From positions 1,020,001-1,052,000 of the forward strand of contig NC_010085.1 of the NCBI RefSeq assembly GCF_000018465.1: a stretch of DNA of 32,000 bases, in the 5' to 3' direction. The DNA is from Nitrosopumilus maritimus SCM1. Its GTDB lineage: Archaea > Thermoproteota > Nitrososphaeria > Nitrososphaerales > Nitrosopumilaceae. The first letter of the stretch is position 1; every line of letters starts with the position of its first letter. A program made the position numbers and the translations under genes. Below, one piece after another: positions 31,125 through 32,000 of this stretch. A model generated the notes under the pieces. It worked only from the letters and a program-made list of their open reading frames with translations, ran no database searches and was not told the DNA's origin.

Positions 31125-31814
31125 CTAATTTTTGGCCCAACCACGCTGAATTAGCTTTTCCGCAGTATTGGAACTAACACAAGCAGGACTGTTATCTGTA
31201 GTTTTGAGTACCAATTGCAAATTTTCTTTGCATAAAATGTCATCAGGTAAAATACCACTTGCAACTTGTTTTAGGGGCGCCAGGTCTGAAGCAGGAGGAT
31301 CTACGTTAACATCTGATTCCAAATTATCGTTTTCCAATTTTTCTATGATTTGTACTACTAGAAATTCATAAACTAATGTTTCCACATCATTTGTGATTAA
31401 AACAAGTTTGTATTTTCCAGGAAGCTCATTAAAGAAGAATGTTTGAGGAAGTTGCCATTCACTGTGTGAAGTTGAAGGAGCTATACCTGTTTCTTTGGTA
31501 GTTGTCTTCCAGAGAACGCTGTCCCTGTATACGTTGATCATATCAGGGATTGTTCCATTCCCACCTATTCCATAAAAAGTTCCCAGATCAACAACAGGTA
31601 ATTTGGTATCAGGATCCTCAAAAATTCCAACAGAGCTGTCCACTACACTAAATATGCTCACGGATTGAGGTACAAATGTTTCATCACACAGTATGTTTTT
31701 TGTATTATTCATATTGATGCATTCATCATGTGCTGGCGAATCATCTGCAAATGATTTTTCAACATCAATTGTTAAAAGAAAAATTAGTGGAAGAATTATC
31801 CAAATTAGTTTCAT
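31125..31814 (-). CDS. Hypothetical exported protein (229 aa)
   Basis: Clear signal peptide (MKLIWIILPLIFLLTIDVEKSFA). No family recognised. The palindrome lies 58 nt upstream. Confidence 0.5.
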   Translation of the reverse strand: MKLIWIILPLIFLLTIDVEKSFADDSPAHDECINMNNTKNILCDETFVPQSVSIFSVVDSSVGIFEDPDTKLPVVDLGTFYGIGGNGTIPDMINVYRDSVLWKTTTKETGIAPSTSHSEWQLPQTFFFNELPGKYKLVLITNDVETLVYEFLVVQIIEKLENDNLESDVNVDPPASDLAPLKQVASGILPDDILCKENLQLVLKTTDNSPACVSSNTAEKLIQRGWAKN

Positions 31815-31871
31815 TGTAGATATGAAATTAAAATCATAAATAAATCTAATTGAAAAATTGGTAGTATCGTC

Positions 31872-31885
31872 ATTACAATTGTAAA
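31872..31885. promoter_or_regulatory. Palindrome copy attacaattgtaaa (1 mismatch)
   Basis: 58 nt upstream of the start at 31814 (-). Confidence 0.65.
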
Positions 31886-31900
31886 ATTAATTTTTTTCAT

Positions 31901-31914
31901 TTTACAGTTGTAAA
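31901..31914. promoter_or_regulatory. Palindrome copy tttacagttgtaaa (1 mismatch)
   Basis: 42 nt upstream of the ATG at 31956 (+) and 29 bp from the copy at 31872. The two copies sit back to back and serve divergent genes. Confidence 0.65.
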
Positions 31915-31955
31915 TATACAAAGTAATAACTGATAAAAATAATTTTCAAAACAAA

Positions 31956-32000
31956 ATGAACAAGGATGTTTTTGTGTTAGCAGGAATTTTAATTAGTGTT
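31956..32000 (+). CDS. 5' end of an ORF (MNKDVFVLAGILISV..., probable signal/anchor) that continues beyond the window
   Basis: ATG lies 42 nt downstream of the palindrome copy at 31901. Only 15 codons are visible. Confidence 0.25.
   Translation, partial: MNKDVFVLAGILISV

Noticed and set aside
9732-31914. The possibility that the recurring 14-mer is a CRISPR repeat, MITE terminus or other selfish repeat
   Set aside because: The spacing is irregular (24 bp to about 3 kb). The copies are single 14-bp palindromes with no conserved flanks or target-site duplications. They sit at fixed distances upstream of start codons. No cas genes, transposase or integrase are present in the window.

Overview
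This is an AT-rich archaeal chromosome segment. It best fits a Nitrosopumilus-type ammonia-oxidising thaumarchaeon, though that is an inference. The supporting signs are an archaeal L40e gene, an intron-containing tRNA, TATA-like boxes about 25-30 nt before start codons, and unusually many cupredoxins, multicopper oxidases and DsbA-like proteins. Positions 1-9.4 kb are ordinary housekeeping: folD (partial), 5-formyl-THF cyclo-ligase, purD, ileS, a Dps-like ferritin, sucCD, rpl40e and a tRNA-Val(CAC). The tRNA carries a 22-nt intron at a non-canonical position in the variable loop. The remaining 22 kb after the tRNA is a dense island of exported or membrane metal and thiol-redox proteins. It holds two cupredoxins, two multicopper oxidases, a ZIP transporter, an orphan ZnuA-like binding protein and four DsbA/thioredoxin-fold proteins. 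It also holds a CcdA-YHS-thioredoxin operon, an HtrA protease, a YedZ/ferric-reductase-like haem membrane protein and a 28% methionine protein. The rest are a Kelch propeller, a membrane-fused spermidine-synthase-like protein, two paralogous small Zn-ribbon proteins and two regulators (DtxR family and Lrp-HTH+TRASH). The most striking signal is not a gene. A 14-bp perfect palindrome, TTTACAATTGTAAA, occurs 7 times exactly and 13 times with 1-2 mismatches. Every copy is intergenic, usually 38-59 nt upstream of a start codon, and there is no copy in the housekeeping 9.7 kb. I interpret it as the operator of one regulon for copper/metal and envelope redox functions. The autoregulated Lrp-TRASH (CopR-like) protein encoded in the island is the prime candidate regulator. 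The one operon without the palindrome (DtxR-MCO-ZIP) has its own 26-bp perfect palindrome with DtxR-box-like half-sites. All coordinates and counts were derived by hand from the sequence. No database search was possible.
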